64,000 nt of DNA from Acidobacteriota bacterium. Lineage in GTDB: Bacteria; Acidobacteriota; UBA890; WLXD01. Made by a program: the position numbers and the translations under genes. The notes under the pieces are model-generated. The model saw only the letters and a program-made list of their open reading frames with translations. It did not search any database and had not been told where the DNA came from. Where the stretch lies: contig CAXWPH010000015.1 in the NCBI GenBank assembly GCA_963666055.2, positions 576,001 to 640,000 on the forward strand. The letters run 5' to 3'. Below, piece after piece: positions 39,971 through 49,541 of the stretch (positions within the stretch are counted from its first letter, which is position 1; the number at the start of each line of letters is the position of its first letter).

Positions 39971-40885
39971 TCAGGCGAACGCGGCCTTCAACGCACGGGT
40001 GTGCGGCACGCCCAACCCACAGCAACCGCCGATAATCTGCGCGCCGCTCGCTACCCAGCCGCGTGTCTCGTGCACCAGATCGTCGGGCTCGATGATGTCG
40101 ACGAACTGCCAGTTGGGCATCACGAAGTAACCAGACTCCGGGTAGACTCCGAGCGGGCCCGACCAATGGCTCTTTACCACCGCGAGCCCCGTCGGAGTGT
40201 CGTCGATCGAGCTGTGCATGACGTTGATCACCCCGACTCCGCATTCCGCGAGCTCGCTCACGAGCTGCTCGAAATCGGCGTGGGGAGGATCGAAGCCGAC
40301 GACGCCACCCGTCTCGACGTCCCGCCGGCAGCTCAAGCCGAGCCATACCGGCAAACCGGTGGCCACCGCTGCCTCGGCGATAAGCCGCGAGGAGACCGGA
40401 TGCGAGCACATCTCCAAAGCGATGAGCTCGACGCCCGCCGCCGCCAACAGATCGGCCTGCACGCGAAACCCCTCCGAGAGACGCTCGGCGTCGGGCAGTT
40501 CCTCGTTCATACCCACCCATGGACACATCGAGCCGGCGATCGCCACGGGGCTCTGCGCCGTTTCGTCGCGAGCCTGCCGGGCCACTTCTACCGCAGCCTT
40601 GTTGATGCCCGCCATCTCGTCCCCAAGCCCCGCCTGCTCGAGCAGATAAGGGCCGGCCGCAAACGTGTTGGTGATGATCACCTCGGCGCCGGCCGAGATG
40701 TAGTCGGCGTGGGCGGCACGCACCACCTCGGGATCGGACAGCACTGCCGCACCGCTCCACGCTTTCTCGTTCATGGCCACGCCGCGAGCCTCGAGCTCGG
40801 TGCCCATCGCACCGTCGATTACCACCAGGTCGCCGGCGGCGATCTTGTCATGGAGCCAATCGGGCCCATAGCGAACATCTGTCAT
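39971..40885 (-). CDS. Homocysteine S-methyltransferase family protein
   Basis: IDGAMGTEL, H.DYISAGAEVIITNTF and IIGGCCG. Confidence 0.92.
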   Translation of the reverse strand: MTDVRYGPDWLHDKIAAGDLVVIDGAMGTELEARGVAMNEKAWSGAAVLSDPEVVRAAHADYISAGAEVIITNTFAAGPYLLEQAGLGDEMAGINKAAVEVARQARDETAQSPVAIAGSMCPWVGMNEELPDAERLSEGFRVQADLLAAAGVELIALEMCSHPVSSRLIAEAAVATGLPVWLGLSCRRDVETGGVVGFDPPHADFEQLVSELAECGVGVINVMHSSIDDTPTGLAVVKSHWSGPLGVYPESGYFVMPNWQFVDIIEPDDLVHETRGWVASGAQIIGGCCGLGVPHTRALKAAFA

Positions 40886-40914
40886 GACCGCTCTCCTCAG
40901 AAGCAGTTTTTCAT

Positions 40915-40939
40915 CTAGTGTCCTGAGTCAGGACACTAG
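40915..40939. repeat. Empty family B element (ends only)
   Basis: Perfect palindrome ctagtgtcctga-g-tcaggacactag; first 11 nt identical to the family B left end. Confidence 0.8.
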
Positions 40940-41210
40940 CAGGCCGTGGTGGAAGTGTGGCGGGCCTGGCGACAGGGTCTTGCGAGGTGGAGGCAAGGAG
41001 AGAGGAGGAGGCGATGGCTGCCCCATCGTTGACGACGAGCGACGCAGCATACGCGCGCAACCCCCTATCGCCCGGAGGGTTACGGCGATTTGGGGTCATC
41101 TGCGGCGTTGGCCCTCCTGGACGATGGCTGGAGCATCGCCGGCGTCAGGCCGCCTTCCATCTGACCCCAACTCGCCGTAATCAGGCCCGCCACACTTCCA
41201 CCACGGCCTG
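40940..41210 (+). mobile_element. Family A MITE-like element, full length (271 bp)
   Basis: Perfect 29-bp TIR caggccgtggtggaagtgtggcgggcctg; CTAG on both flanks; homologous to 1-190. Confidence 0.93.
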
Positions 41211-41214
41211 CTAG

Positions 41215-41232
41215 CCGGGTGCTGAAGAACTC
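41215..41232 (+). repeat. Family C solo end (IS-like)
   Basis: ccgggtgctgaagaactc after CTAG; 17/18 identical to 62078-62095. Confidence 0.65.
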
Positions 41233-41295
41233 TGCTAATACCATGAGGCGACTGACAATGCTGGTGCTACGAGCACCTGCAGCAGCCGAAGGAGC

Positions 41296-42654
41296 GTGCC
41301 AGAAATGACGATCGCAGCGCTGACTCCCCGAACCGGCGGGTGGATATGGTCCCGTCCCTTGCTCGCCGCCACCCTCGTCCTGCTGGCCGGCTGGGATCCG
41401 GCCGCGGCAGCAGCGAGCCCGCAAACGGCGACCACCGCCGTGATTGCCGGCTCTCTGATCGACGGCACCGGGGCAGAGCCACAGGGCCGAACGGTCATCC
41501 TCATTGAAGGCGGGCGAATACAGGCGGTCGGCCCAGCGTTGGATGTTCCGGCCTCGGCCCGGATCATCGATCTGTCCGAAATGACGGTATTGCCGGGGTT
41601 CATCGACCTGCACAGTCATCTCACCTATCCGGCAATGACCGATGCGGGCTTCGAGCTTGCCTTCGTGCAGCAGAGCGCCGCCGACTTCGCCTTGCTGGGC
41701 GCTCGCAACGCCAAGCTGGCGCTGATGACTGGCTATACCAGCGCCCGCGAGCTTGGAGCCTTCGGTTTCGCCGATGTCGCTCTGCGCGACGCCATCGATG
41801 CAGGCTGGGTGCCTGGACCGCGACTGCAGGTGGCCGCCTACGCGCTCAGCATCACCGGCGGCCACTGCGACAACAACGGCTTCTTGCCCGGCCTGTTCGG
41901 TGCCGAGCCGGGTATCGAGCAGGGCATCGCCAACGGCCCCCGGGAAGTTCGGGCGGCTGTTCGCTACCAGGTCAAGTACGGGGCCGACCCGATCAAGATA
42001 TGCGCCACCGGCGGTGTAATGTCGTTCGGCGACTCGGTCGGGGCGCAACAGTTCAACGCCGCCGAGCTGGAAGCAGCGGTACAGAGTGCCCACCAGCTGG
42101 AGCGCCGGGTGGCCGCACACGCTCATGGATTGGAAGGGATCAAGGCTGCCGTTCGTGCGGGGGTCGACTCGATCGAGCATGGCACGTTCATCGATGACGA
42201 AGCGGCACGCATGATGGCCGAGAGCGGAACGGTTCTGGTGACCACGCTCCTGGCAGGCGACGCGATACAGCAGCTGGCCCGAGCTGGTCGGCTGCCGCAG
42301 GAGCTCGCCGCCAAGGCTCGCTTGGTCGAGGGGGTCAAGGAGGGGGCGATCCGCCGAGCCGCCGCAGCGGGGGTAAAGATCGGTCTAGGTACCGACAACG
42401 TCTTCGGGCTTCCAAGCGAGAACGGGCGCGAGTTTCGTTTCATGACCGAGGCTGGGCTGGAGCCCATGCAGGCAATCATGGGCGGAACCAGCATCGCCGC
42501 CGAGCTCATGGGCTGGGAGGACGACGTCGGTACTATCTTGCCAGGACGCTACGCCGACCTGGTGGCCGTGCGCGGCGATCCGCTGCAGAACATCGAGTTA
42601 CTGGAGAACGTGCACTTCGTGATGCAGGGCGGCAACGTAATCAAGCAGGAGTGA
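41296..42654 (+). CDS. Metal-dependent amidohydrolase (Xaa-Pro dipeptidase-like), secreted
   Basis: PGFIDLHSH, IKI, AHAHG, SIEHG and GTD motifs. Confidence 0.92.
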   Translation: MPEMTIAALTPRTGGWIWSRPLLAATLVLLAGWDPAAAAASPQTATTAVIAGSLIDGTGAEPQGRTVILIEGGRIQAVGPALDVPASARIIDLSEMTVLPGFIDLHSHLTYPAMTDAGFELAFVQQSAADFALLGARNAKLALMTGYTSARELGAFGFADVALRDAIDAGWVPGPRLQVAAYALSITGGHCDNNGFLPGLFGAEPGIEQGIANGPREVRAAVRYQVKYGADPIKICATGGVMSFGDSVGAQQFNAAELEAAVQSAHQLERRVAAHAHGLEGIKAAVRAGVDSIEHGTFIDDEAARMMAESGTVLVTTLLAGDAIQQLARAGRLPQELAAKARLVEGVKEGAIRRAAAAGVKIGLGTDNVFGLPSENGREFRFMTEAGLEPMQAIMGGTSIAAELMGWEDDVGTILPGRYADLVAVRGDPLQNIELLENVHFVMQGGNVIKQE

Positions 42655-42689
42655 GCTGACGTCTGGCCCCCCGTTCAGAGTGAGGACCC

Positions 42690-43808
42690 ATGAAGCGACT
42701 GTTGGCGCACGTCGTTGTAGCGACGCTGGCTAGCGGCTGCACTGAGCTAGGCGCCCAGTCGGTTGGCTTCGACCCGGGTTCGGTACAGTCCTCCTTGGAT
42801 AGCGGCCATGCCGGAGCCGCTCCGCCGGGGCTCGGCGAGTGGACAAGCTATCGTCCGGCGCTGCCGAGCCCGGTCGCCAACAACGCGGTAGCGGCCGTTC
42901 AGACTGGCAGCGATTGCTGGCTGATGAGCGCTCTGGGCATCGGCTCGGGTCTCGACCACACTGCCCTCACCACCTCGGTCTACGTGCATCGGGTGGGCGA
43001 CTCGGCGTGGACCGACGTGGGACCGCCGCCGCGCGCCGCGGCCCGAGTAGCGGCCTCCGCCGTCGGGGTTGCCGACAGGCTCTACTTGCTGGGCGGATAC
43101 TCGCTGGTGCCCAACGGCGCCGAGATGAGCTTTGCCAACGTCGATATCTACGATCCGGTGGCCGGCGCGTGGTCGACGGGCGCACCGCTACCGGTGCCGA
43201 TCGACGATGCCGTCGCGCTGGCCTGGCGAGATCGCCATGTCGTGGTAGTCAGCGGTTGGTCGAACACCGACAACGTCGCTGCTGTGCAGATCTACGACAG
43301 TCGGCGCGACACCTGGAGCCCGGCGACGCCGTTTCCGGGCAAACCGGTGTTCGGGCACGCCGGAGCCATCGTCGGCGACGAGCTCGTGGTCATCGATGGC
43401 GTCGAGAGAGGTCCCCGGGGTTATCGCCTCGTCAATCAGGCCTGGCGGGGAAAGCTGGATCCGACAAACCCCGCCACCATCGTCTGGACCGATCTCGGTG
43501 GCCATCCGGGGTTGGCCCGCTACCGTGCGGCGGGCGGTGCCACCGAGGCCGGCCAGCTATGGTTTCACGGCGGCACCAATATCCCGTACAACTTCAACGG
43601 CCTCGCCTATTCGGGCGGCGCGCCGGCCCCACCCAGCGGTTCGACCCTGGTGTACGACGGCCTGTTTACCGACCGCCTTGCGGGCCAGCCGACCGCCACA
43701 ATGGACCACCGCAGTCTCGCCAGCTGCGGTGCGACTCTGTTCCTCATCGGGGGAATGACGGCCGGCCCGACCGTGACCTCCGGGGTCTGGTCGATTACGA
43801 CTCAATAG
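42690..43808 (+). CDS. Kelch repeat beta-propeller protein, probable lipoprotein
   Basis: LYLLGG..YDP..W repeats; LASGC lipobox. Confidence 0.85.
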   Translation: MKRLLAHVVVATLASGCTELGAQSVGFDPGSVQSSLDSGHAGAAPPGLGEWTSYRPALPSPVANNAVAAVQTGSDCWLMSALGIGSGLDHTALTTSVYVHRVGDSAWTDVGPPPRAAARVAASAVGVADRLYLLGGYSLVPNGAEMSFANVDIYDPVAGAWSTGAPLPVPIDDAVALAWRDRHVVVVSGWSNTDNVAAVQIYDSRRDTWSPATPFPGKPVFGHAGAIVGDELVVIDGVERGPRGYRLVNQAWRGKLDPTNPATIVWTDLGGHPGLARYRAAGGATEAGQLWFHGGTNIPYNFNGLAYSGGAPAPPSGSTLVYDGLFTDRLAGQPTATMDHRSLASCGATLFLIGGMTAGPTVTSGVWSITTQ

Positions 43809-43842
43809 CCGGGTGCGGTGTGCCCGGTCTCGCGACTACGCC

Positions 43843-44676
43843 TCAGTAGCTCAGGCAGCGCGCATCCTCGCCGCTTATCCACGCGGCCAACATCTGCCAC
43901 TCAGGATCGTCCCGGGAAAACCAGCGGCGTCCGCCTCCGTGAAAGTGATCGCCCCCGGCTTCGGGCGCCAGCGGGTGCGTGAGGAAGCGGCTGCGCAAAG
44001 GGTAGCCGGGCTCGATGTAGCGGCTGAGCACGGCAAAGTTGTCGCGCGACTCGTCCTGATTCCAGTAGTCGCGACCCTCGGGCACCGGTTGCGCAAAGCC
44101 GCGAATTCCGGCGTCGTGGCAATTCACACACTCCATGAGCCCCTCCTTCTTGTCGAGGAAGACCCTCTGCACGCAGGTGCGGAAAAACTCGAAGTCCAGC
44201 GCCGCTGAAACAACCTCACTGGCGTCGGAGGTCGCGGCAGCACGAACCCACCCGGCCATCGCCTGCCATTCAGGGTCCGACTGCGAGTAGAAGAACTTGC
44301 CGCCCACGTGAAAGGAGGCTCCTCCCGCGGGCACCACCAGCGCCTTTCGCAGCAGCCGGCTTTGCTCCGGCTGGCCGGGAACGACGAGGCGCGAGACAAC
44401 CTCGAAGTTCTGCCGCGACTGGGCCTCGGACCAGAAGACGGTGCCGTCGTCATCCTCTTGAAGCGGCTGGAGCTTGAGCGGCGTTCCCTGCTTGGCGTGA
44501 CACGTCACGCACGGCGACCGCCCGGGACCGAACCCGCCGCGCGCCGCGAGGAAGATCGGCTCGACTACCTCGAGGTAGCGGTCAAAGCTCAGCGTCTGAG
44601 CGAAGCCGGCGGCAGTACCGCCGACCAGCAAGCCGACCGCGATCGCCACCACCACCGCCATCCGGCGAGCTCTCAT
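43843..44676 (-). CDS. Secreted diheme c-type cytochrome-like protein with internal duplication
   Basis: CVTCH and CVNCH in two homologous halves ending H.GG..DPEWQ...W. Confidence 0.75.
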   Translation of the reverse strand: MRARRMAVVVAIAVGLLVGGTAAGFAQTLSFDRYLEVVEPIFLAARGGFGPGRSPCVTCHAKQGTPLKLQPLQEDDDGTVFWSEAQSRQNFEVVSRLVVPGQPEQSRLLRKALVVPAGGASFHVGGKFFYSQSDPEWQAMAGWVRAAATSDASEVVSAALDFEFFRTCVQRVFLDKKEGLMECVNCHDAGIRGFAQPVPEGRDYWNQDESRDNFAVLSRYIEPGYPLRSRFLTHPLAPEAGGDHFHGGGRRWFSRDDPEWQMLAAWISGEDARCLSY

Positions 44677-45725
44677 TGGATCACCGCCGTGTGGTTGCGC
44701 TTCGGCGTCTGTCCGACCTTGATGCGAGCAATCTCTACCAGCTCGTGCGTATCGATAACCGACACGTCGTTGGATCCGGCGTTGGCGGAATAGAGGTACC
44801 GGCCATCGGGCGTCATGGTGAGCCAGTCGGGGTGGTGGCCCACCGGCACGCCGCCGAGAAACTCCAGGTCAGGTAGGGACCAGCCATAGACATGATCGTG
44901 CGGCTTGCTGGTCGACCACAGCTGGGTGCCGTCCGCCGACACGGCAAGGCCGTGGCCCGGTGAGCCCTGTAAGCCATCGCTCGACACCCGCGAGATCGGC
45001 AGCGTCGGCATCTCTACCCTCTGCACCACTGCCCGCTTCTCGAAGTCGACCACGTAGAAGCCATGGAAATTGGAGAGTTGAACGAAGATTCGCTTCGTCG
45101 AGCCGTCGCGGTTGGCCTCGAAAGCCATCGGACGGACACCGCCGTCGGCGTACCCGCCGGTCGTGAGGCCGCTGAAATGAAGCGACCACACCGGCTCATC
45201 GGTCTCGGTGTCGATGATCGTCAAGGTGCGCGCTCCGATCATGCCGGCGGCGATATGTCGTCCATCGGGCGTGATGAATACGTTGTGCACACCCCCCAGC
45301 GTGGGGATCGCCTTGACTACCTCGCCCGCTTGCAGATCGATCACGTCGACGAACGCGTCGGCACGCGTGATCGCCACATAGACCTTTCGTCCATCGGGTG
45401 TGATGGCGATGTTGTTGGGTCGACCGGAGAGCGGGATCTGCTTGCTCACCTGGAGCGTCTTCGTCGGGACGACATCCAGCGTGTGGTCGATCTCGTTGCT
45501 GAAATACAGCGTGCTCCCGTCGGGAGCCGAGGTCACCCCATGCGCCATCGGGATGCCGCGGATGATGTCGACGACCTCGTTCGTGACCGGGTCGATGAGG
45601 TGGACGTTGTCGCCGGCAGCGTTCGTCTGGATGATGCGGACCGTCCCTGTCTGGGCGCCTACGCTGCCTGCAAGGGAAGCTATCGCCAGCGCCAGAACGA
45701 GAGATCGTGGGGGCACGTAGCTCAT
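44673..45725 (-). CDS. YVTN/YncE-type beta-propeller protein, secreted
   Basis: Repeated TPDG..Y/V motifs and NDVSVIDT; ATGA coupling to the downstream cytochrome. Confidence 0.85.
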   Translation of the reverse strand: MSYVPPRSLVLALAIASLAGSVGAQTGTVRIIQTNAAGDNVHLIDPVTNEVVDIIRGIPMAHGVTSAPDGSTLYFSNEIDHTLDVVPTKTLQVSKQIPLSGRPNNIAITPDGRKVYVAITRADAFVDVIDLQAGEVVKAIPTLGGVHNVFITPDGRHIAAGMIGARTLTIIDTETDEPVWSLHFSGLTTGGYADGGVRPMAFEANRDGSTKRIFVQLSNFHGFYVVDFEKRAVVQRVEMPTLPISRVSSDGLQGSPGHGLAVSADGTQLWSTSKPHDHVYGWSLPDLEFLGGVPVGHHPDWLTMTPDGRYLYSANAGSNDVSVIDTHELVEIARIKVGQTPKRNHTAVIQ

Positions 45726-45928
45726 TTTCCGCCTCCTGCCGGGATCCGGGTCCCCGAACGGACGGCACGTGCGGCATCGACTCCGGCAAGTGTAGGCGGA
45801 CCGCAAGTGCTGGGGCGGCCAACATGGGTCCGCGGGTAATCCGCAGAAGACCGCGATAACCTGATTGGCCGAGGTAGCGACGATACGCGCTGCCACGACC
45901 GCTTGTCGACACCGCAGGAGAGCTTCCC

Positions 45929-46777
45929 ATGAAGACACGGTTCCTCGCCTCGATCACGCTGCTTGCATGCCTGAGCCTTGCGGCGCCGCTCCATGCGCAG
46001 CAGGGCGACCAGAAGGACATGATGACGTTCGAGCGCCCCGTCGCGATGCCCGACAATGTCTGGATCGAAGAGCTGACGATGCTCGAGATACGTGACCTGT
46101 TGCGCTCCGGGACCAACACCGCGCTCATCCTCACCGGCGGCATCGAGGAGAACGGCCCTTATCTCACCACCGGCAAGCACAACCACGTCCTGCGGGTGAT
46201 GGGCGACGCCATCGCGCGCAAGCTGGGCAATACGCTGGTGGCTCCGATCGTCACCATCGAGCCCGGAAACCCGGAGACCGCCAGCTCTCCCGGCGGCATC
46301 CGCTACTCGCAAGAGACCTATCGCGCCGTGCTGCGCGACTACGCCACCAGCCTGAAGGCACAGGGCTTCACGAAGATCTTCATGTTGGGCGACAGCGGCG
46401 GCAATAGGCGCGGCCTGGCTGCTGTTGCCGAGGAGCTGTCCACTGCTTGGGAGAGAGAAGAAATGCTCGTGGCACACATTCCCGAGTACTACAACTACAG
46501 CGACGTCCACGCGTACCAGCGCGACGTTCTCGGCGTCGACGAGGACCCCCGGTTGGAGGGTCTGCACGACGACTACTACATTACGACAATCATCATGAAC
46601 GATGATCCACAGTTCGTTCGTTTCGAGCAGCGTCTGCAGGCCGACAAGGCGTCGATCAACGGCATCGATATCACCCCGATCGGCAAGGCGCTGAAGCACG
46701 GTCGGCGACTCATCGAGTTTCGCGCCGAGGCTACGGTGGAGGCCATCCATCGAGTGATCGCTGCGCACCACCGCTGA
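45929..46777 (+). CDS. Creatininase family protein, secreted
   Basis: WIEELT, TGGIEENGPYL, GF..I..LGDSGGN. Confidence 0.8.
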   Translation: MKTRFLASITLLACLSLAAPLHAQQGDQKDMMTFERPVAMPDNVWIEELTMLEIRDLLRSGTNTALILTGGIEENGPYLTTGKHNHVLRVMGDAIARKLGNTLVAPIVTIEPGNPETASSPGGIRYSQETYRAVLRDYATSLKAQGFTKIFMLGDSGGNRRGLAAVAEELSTAWEREEMLVAHIPEYYNYSDVHAYQRDVLGVDEDPRLEGLHDDYYITTIIMNDDPQFVRFEQRLQADKASINGIDITPIGKALKHGRRLIEFRAEATVEAIHRVIAAHHR

Positions 46778-46850
46778 GTTGACAGATACGCAGCTCTCTT
46801 ACCACCCTCAGAGGACCCCCGACTCACGCTACCGTGGAGACTCGCTCACC

Positions 46851-49352
46851 ATGCGCCAGATCCGCTTGCCCCGTATCGACCTCCTGCCTCATTCCGCCTA
46901 CCTTGCGGCACTGCTGCTGGCCGGCTTCGCCGCCACCGCCATGGCGCAGCCGCAGATGTCGACCGCCGCCCGCTACCAGACGCCGTCGCCGGAGCTCGTC
47001 GCACTCGCCGACGCCCCGAACACGCCGCTGGTATCGGTCAGCCCGGGCGGTGATCAAATCGTGCTCATGGAGCTCCCGTCGCTAGGGACGATCGCCGACC
47101 TGGCGCAACCTGAGCTGCGCATCGCCGGTTTGCGCATCAACCCGCGCACCAACGGCCCGAGTCGCGACCGCTACTACACCGGCCTGACGATCCACCGACT
47201 GTCGGACGGCACCGCGATGCCGGTAGCCGGCCTGCCGTCAGCCCCTCATCTGGGCAACCTGTCCTGGTCTCCTGACGGCGCCTGGATCGCGTTTACGCAC
47301 CAGGTCGACGACGGCATCGAGCTCTGGGTCGTCGAGGCGGAGCAGGCAACCGCACGTCGCCTTGTCGGTCCACGTATCAACAGCGCGTACGGCCGGCCCT
47401 TCGTCTGGAACACCGACAGCACCACTATGGTTGCGCGGCTGGTACCCGTCGACCGTGGCCCGGCACCCGAGCGCTCGCCCGTTCCGACCGGCCCGGTGAT
47501 CCAACAGAGCGTCGGGCGGGAAGCACAGGCACGCACCTACCAGGACCTTCTCGCGGACGCTCACGACGAAGCGCTGTTCGAGCACCATCTGAGCGCGCGC
47601 GTCGCCATCGTCGGGCTCGACGGCAGCCTCGCGGAGATCGGTGCCAGCGGCTTGATCAGCCGCGCCGAGCCCTCGCCTGACGGCGAGTTCCTGCTGGTAG
47701 AGACGCTCCACCGGCCATTCTCGTACACCGTGCCGGTGCGGCGGTTCCCGCGCCGTATCGAAGTGTGGGCAAGAGACGGAACCGGCGTGAAGACGATCGC
47801 CGACCTACCGCTGGGCAACGAGATTCCGCCGGGGTTCGACTCGGTGGCCGCCGGCCCACGCGCCGTCGGCTGGCGCTACGGGACCGACGCAACGCTGCAT
47901 TGGGTGGAAGCGAAGGACGGCGGCGATGCGCGAGCGGACAGCGCGGTTCGCGATCGCTTGCTGCTGCTGGCGGCCCCGTTCGAGGGCGAGCCGCGCCCGG
48001 TAGCCGATCTCGGCGCGCGCTTCCGGGATGTGCAATGGGGCGCGGGCAACCTCGCGTTGGTGAGCGAGTACTGGCGGCGCGACCGCCAGACGCGAACCTG
48101 GGTGATACGACCCGACTCCATCGCCGCCAGCCCCGAACTACTGTGGAGCCGGTCGTCCGAGGATCGTTACAGCGACCCGGGCCGACCGGTAACCAACCAC
48201 ACTGACCGTGGCTCCGTCCTGGCCACCTCCGACGACGGCGCGGTGCTCTTCCTGATCGGACGGGGCGCTTCGCCCGAAGGCAACCGGCCATTCGTCGACA
48301 AGCTCGACCTGCGCAGCGGCGACAGCACGCGTCTGTGGCGCTCCCAAGCCCCCTACTACGAGATGCCCGTCGCGCTACTGGACGCGGAGGGCAAGCGCTT
48401 GCTAACGCGGCGCGAGTCGGTAGACGAGCCACCTAACTACTTCGTGCGCGACCTCGTCGATGACAGCCTGCAGCGCATCACCAGCTTCCCGCACCCGACG
48501 CCGCAGCTCGCCGGCGCCACCAAGCAGCTGGTGCACTATGAGCGCGCCGACGGCGTGCAGCTCACCGGCACTCTCTACCTTCCCCCCGGGCACGGCGAGG
48601 GCGACGGCCCCTTGCCGATGTTGATGTGGGCCTACCCCATCGAGTTCAAGGACGCCAGCTTCGCCGGGCAGGTCTCCGATTCGCCCTACGAGTTCACCCG
48701 CATGAGCTACTGGGGCGCCTTGCCGATGCTTACGCAGGGGTGGGCGGTCTTCGACGATCCGAAGCTGCCAATCATCGGCGAAGGCGACCAGGAGCCCAAC
48801 GACGGCTACCGCGAACAGCTGGTCGCGGGCGCCGCGGCGGCGGTGAAGACGATGGTCGATCGCGGCGTCGCCGACGCCGATCGAATCGCTATCGGCGGCC
48901 ACTCCTACGGGGCGTTCATGACCGCGAACCTGCTGGCGCACTCCGACTTGTTCCGCGCTGGGATCGCACGCTCGGGCGCCTACAACCGCACCCTGACGCC
49001 ATTCGGGTTTCAGTCGGAAGAGCGCACGTTCTGGAAGGCGCCAGAGGTGTATTTCGCCATGTCACCCTTCATGCACGCCGACAAGGTCAACGAGCCGATC
49101 TTGATGATTCATGGCGTCGCCGACAACAACTCCGGCACATTCCCGGTCCAGAGCGAGCGGTTTTTCGCGGCGCTGCAGGGGCACGGTGCAACCGCACGCC
49201 TGGTGATGCTGCCGCACGAGAGCCACGGCTATCGTGCCCGCGAGTCAATCCTCCATATGCTCTGGGAGCAGACTGAGTTCCTGGCGCGCTACGTCGAGCA
49301 GGGGCTGCCTCGGGGCGAGATAACCGAAGGCTCCACCGACGCGGGACAGTAG
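46851..49352 (+). CDS. S9 family peptidase (glutamyl endopeptidase-like), secreted
   Basis: GGHSYGAFMTANL, RSGAYNRTLTPFGFQ, DNNSGT and ESHGY. Confidence 0.92.
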   Translation: MRQIRLPRIDLLPHSAYLAALLLAGFAATAMAQPQMSTAARYQTPSPELVALADAPNTPLVSVSPGGDQIVLMELPSLGTIADLAQPELRIAGLRINPRTNGPSRDRYYTGLTIHRLSDGTAMPVAGLPSAPHLGNLSWSPDGAWIAFTHQVDDGIELWVVEAEQATARRLVGPRINSAYGRPFVWNTDSTTMVARLVPVDRGPAPERSPVPTGPVIQQSVGREAQARTYQDLLADAHDEALFEHHLSARVAIVGLDGSLAEIGASGLISRAEPSPDGEFLLVETLHRPFSYTVPVRRFPRRIEVWARDGTGVKTIADLPLGNEIPPGFDSVAAGPRAVGWRYGTDATLHWVEAKDGGDARADSAVRDRLLLLAAPFEGEPRPVADLGARFRDVQWGAGNLALVSEYWRRDRQTRTWVIRPDSIAASPELLWSRSSEDRYSDPGRPVTNHTDRGSVLATSDDGAVLFLIGRGASPEGNRPFVDKLDLRSGDSTRLWRSQAPYYEMPVALLDAEGKRLLTRRESVDEPPNYFVRDLVDDSLQRITSFPHPTPQLAGATKQLVHYERADGVQLTGTLYLPPGHGEGDGPLPMLMWAYPIEFKDASFAGQVSDSPYEFTRMSYWGALPMLTQGWAVFDDPKLPIIGEGDQEPNDGYREQLVAGAAAAVKTMVDRGVADADRIAIGGHSYGAFMTANLLAHSDLFRAGIARSGAYNRTLTPFGFQSEERTFWKAPEVYFAMSPFMHADKVNEPILMIHGVADNNSGTFPVQSERFFAALQGHGATARLVMLPHESHGYRARESILHMLWEQTEFLARYVEQGLPRGEITEGSTDAGQ

Positions 49353-49541
49353 CAATTCAGAGAGGAGCACGTTGGAGAGCGTACGCGCCGACCAACGCAG
49401 CTCTCTTGCGATCAAACCATGGACTGCCTTCTGTTGCGGCGACATCGAGAAACCCCGGGATCCGGCTTGAATTCGCCTGCGATGGCGTGGGGTACGACAA
49501 GGGCCAGAAATACCAAGGCTGAACCGATTCGAAATCGCCCG

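Noticed and set aside
40884-41214. Short ORFs over family A and B elements (also 31-225, 38169-38561), similar between copies
   Set aside because: Similarity is explained by the DNA repeat; the frames run through hairpins and TIRs with no protein-like signature
49353-49541. Intergenic stretch encoding IRLEFACDGVGYDKG, faintly like an arylsulfatase C-terminus
   Set aside because: Too short and has no supported start; cannot be called without a search
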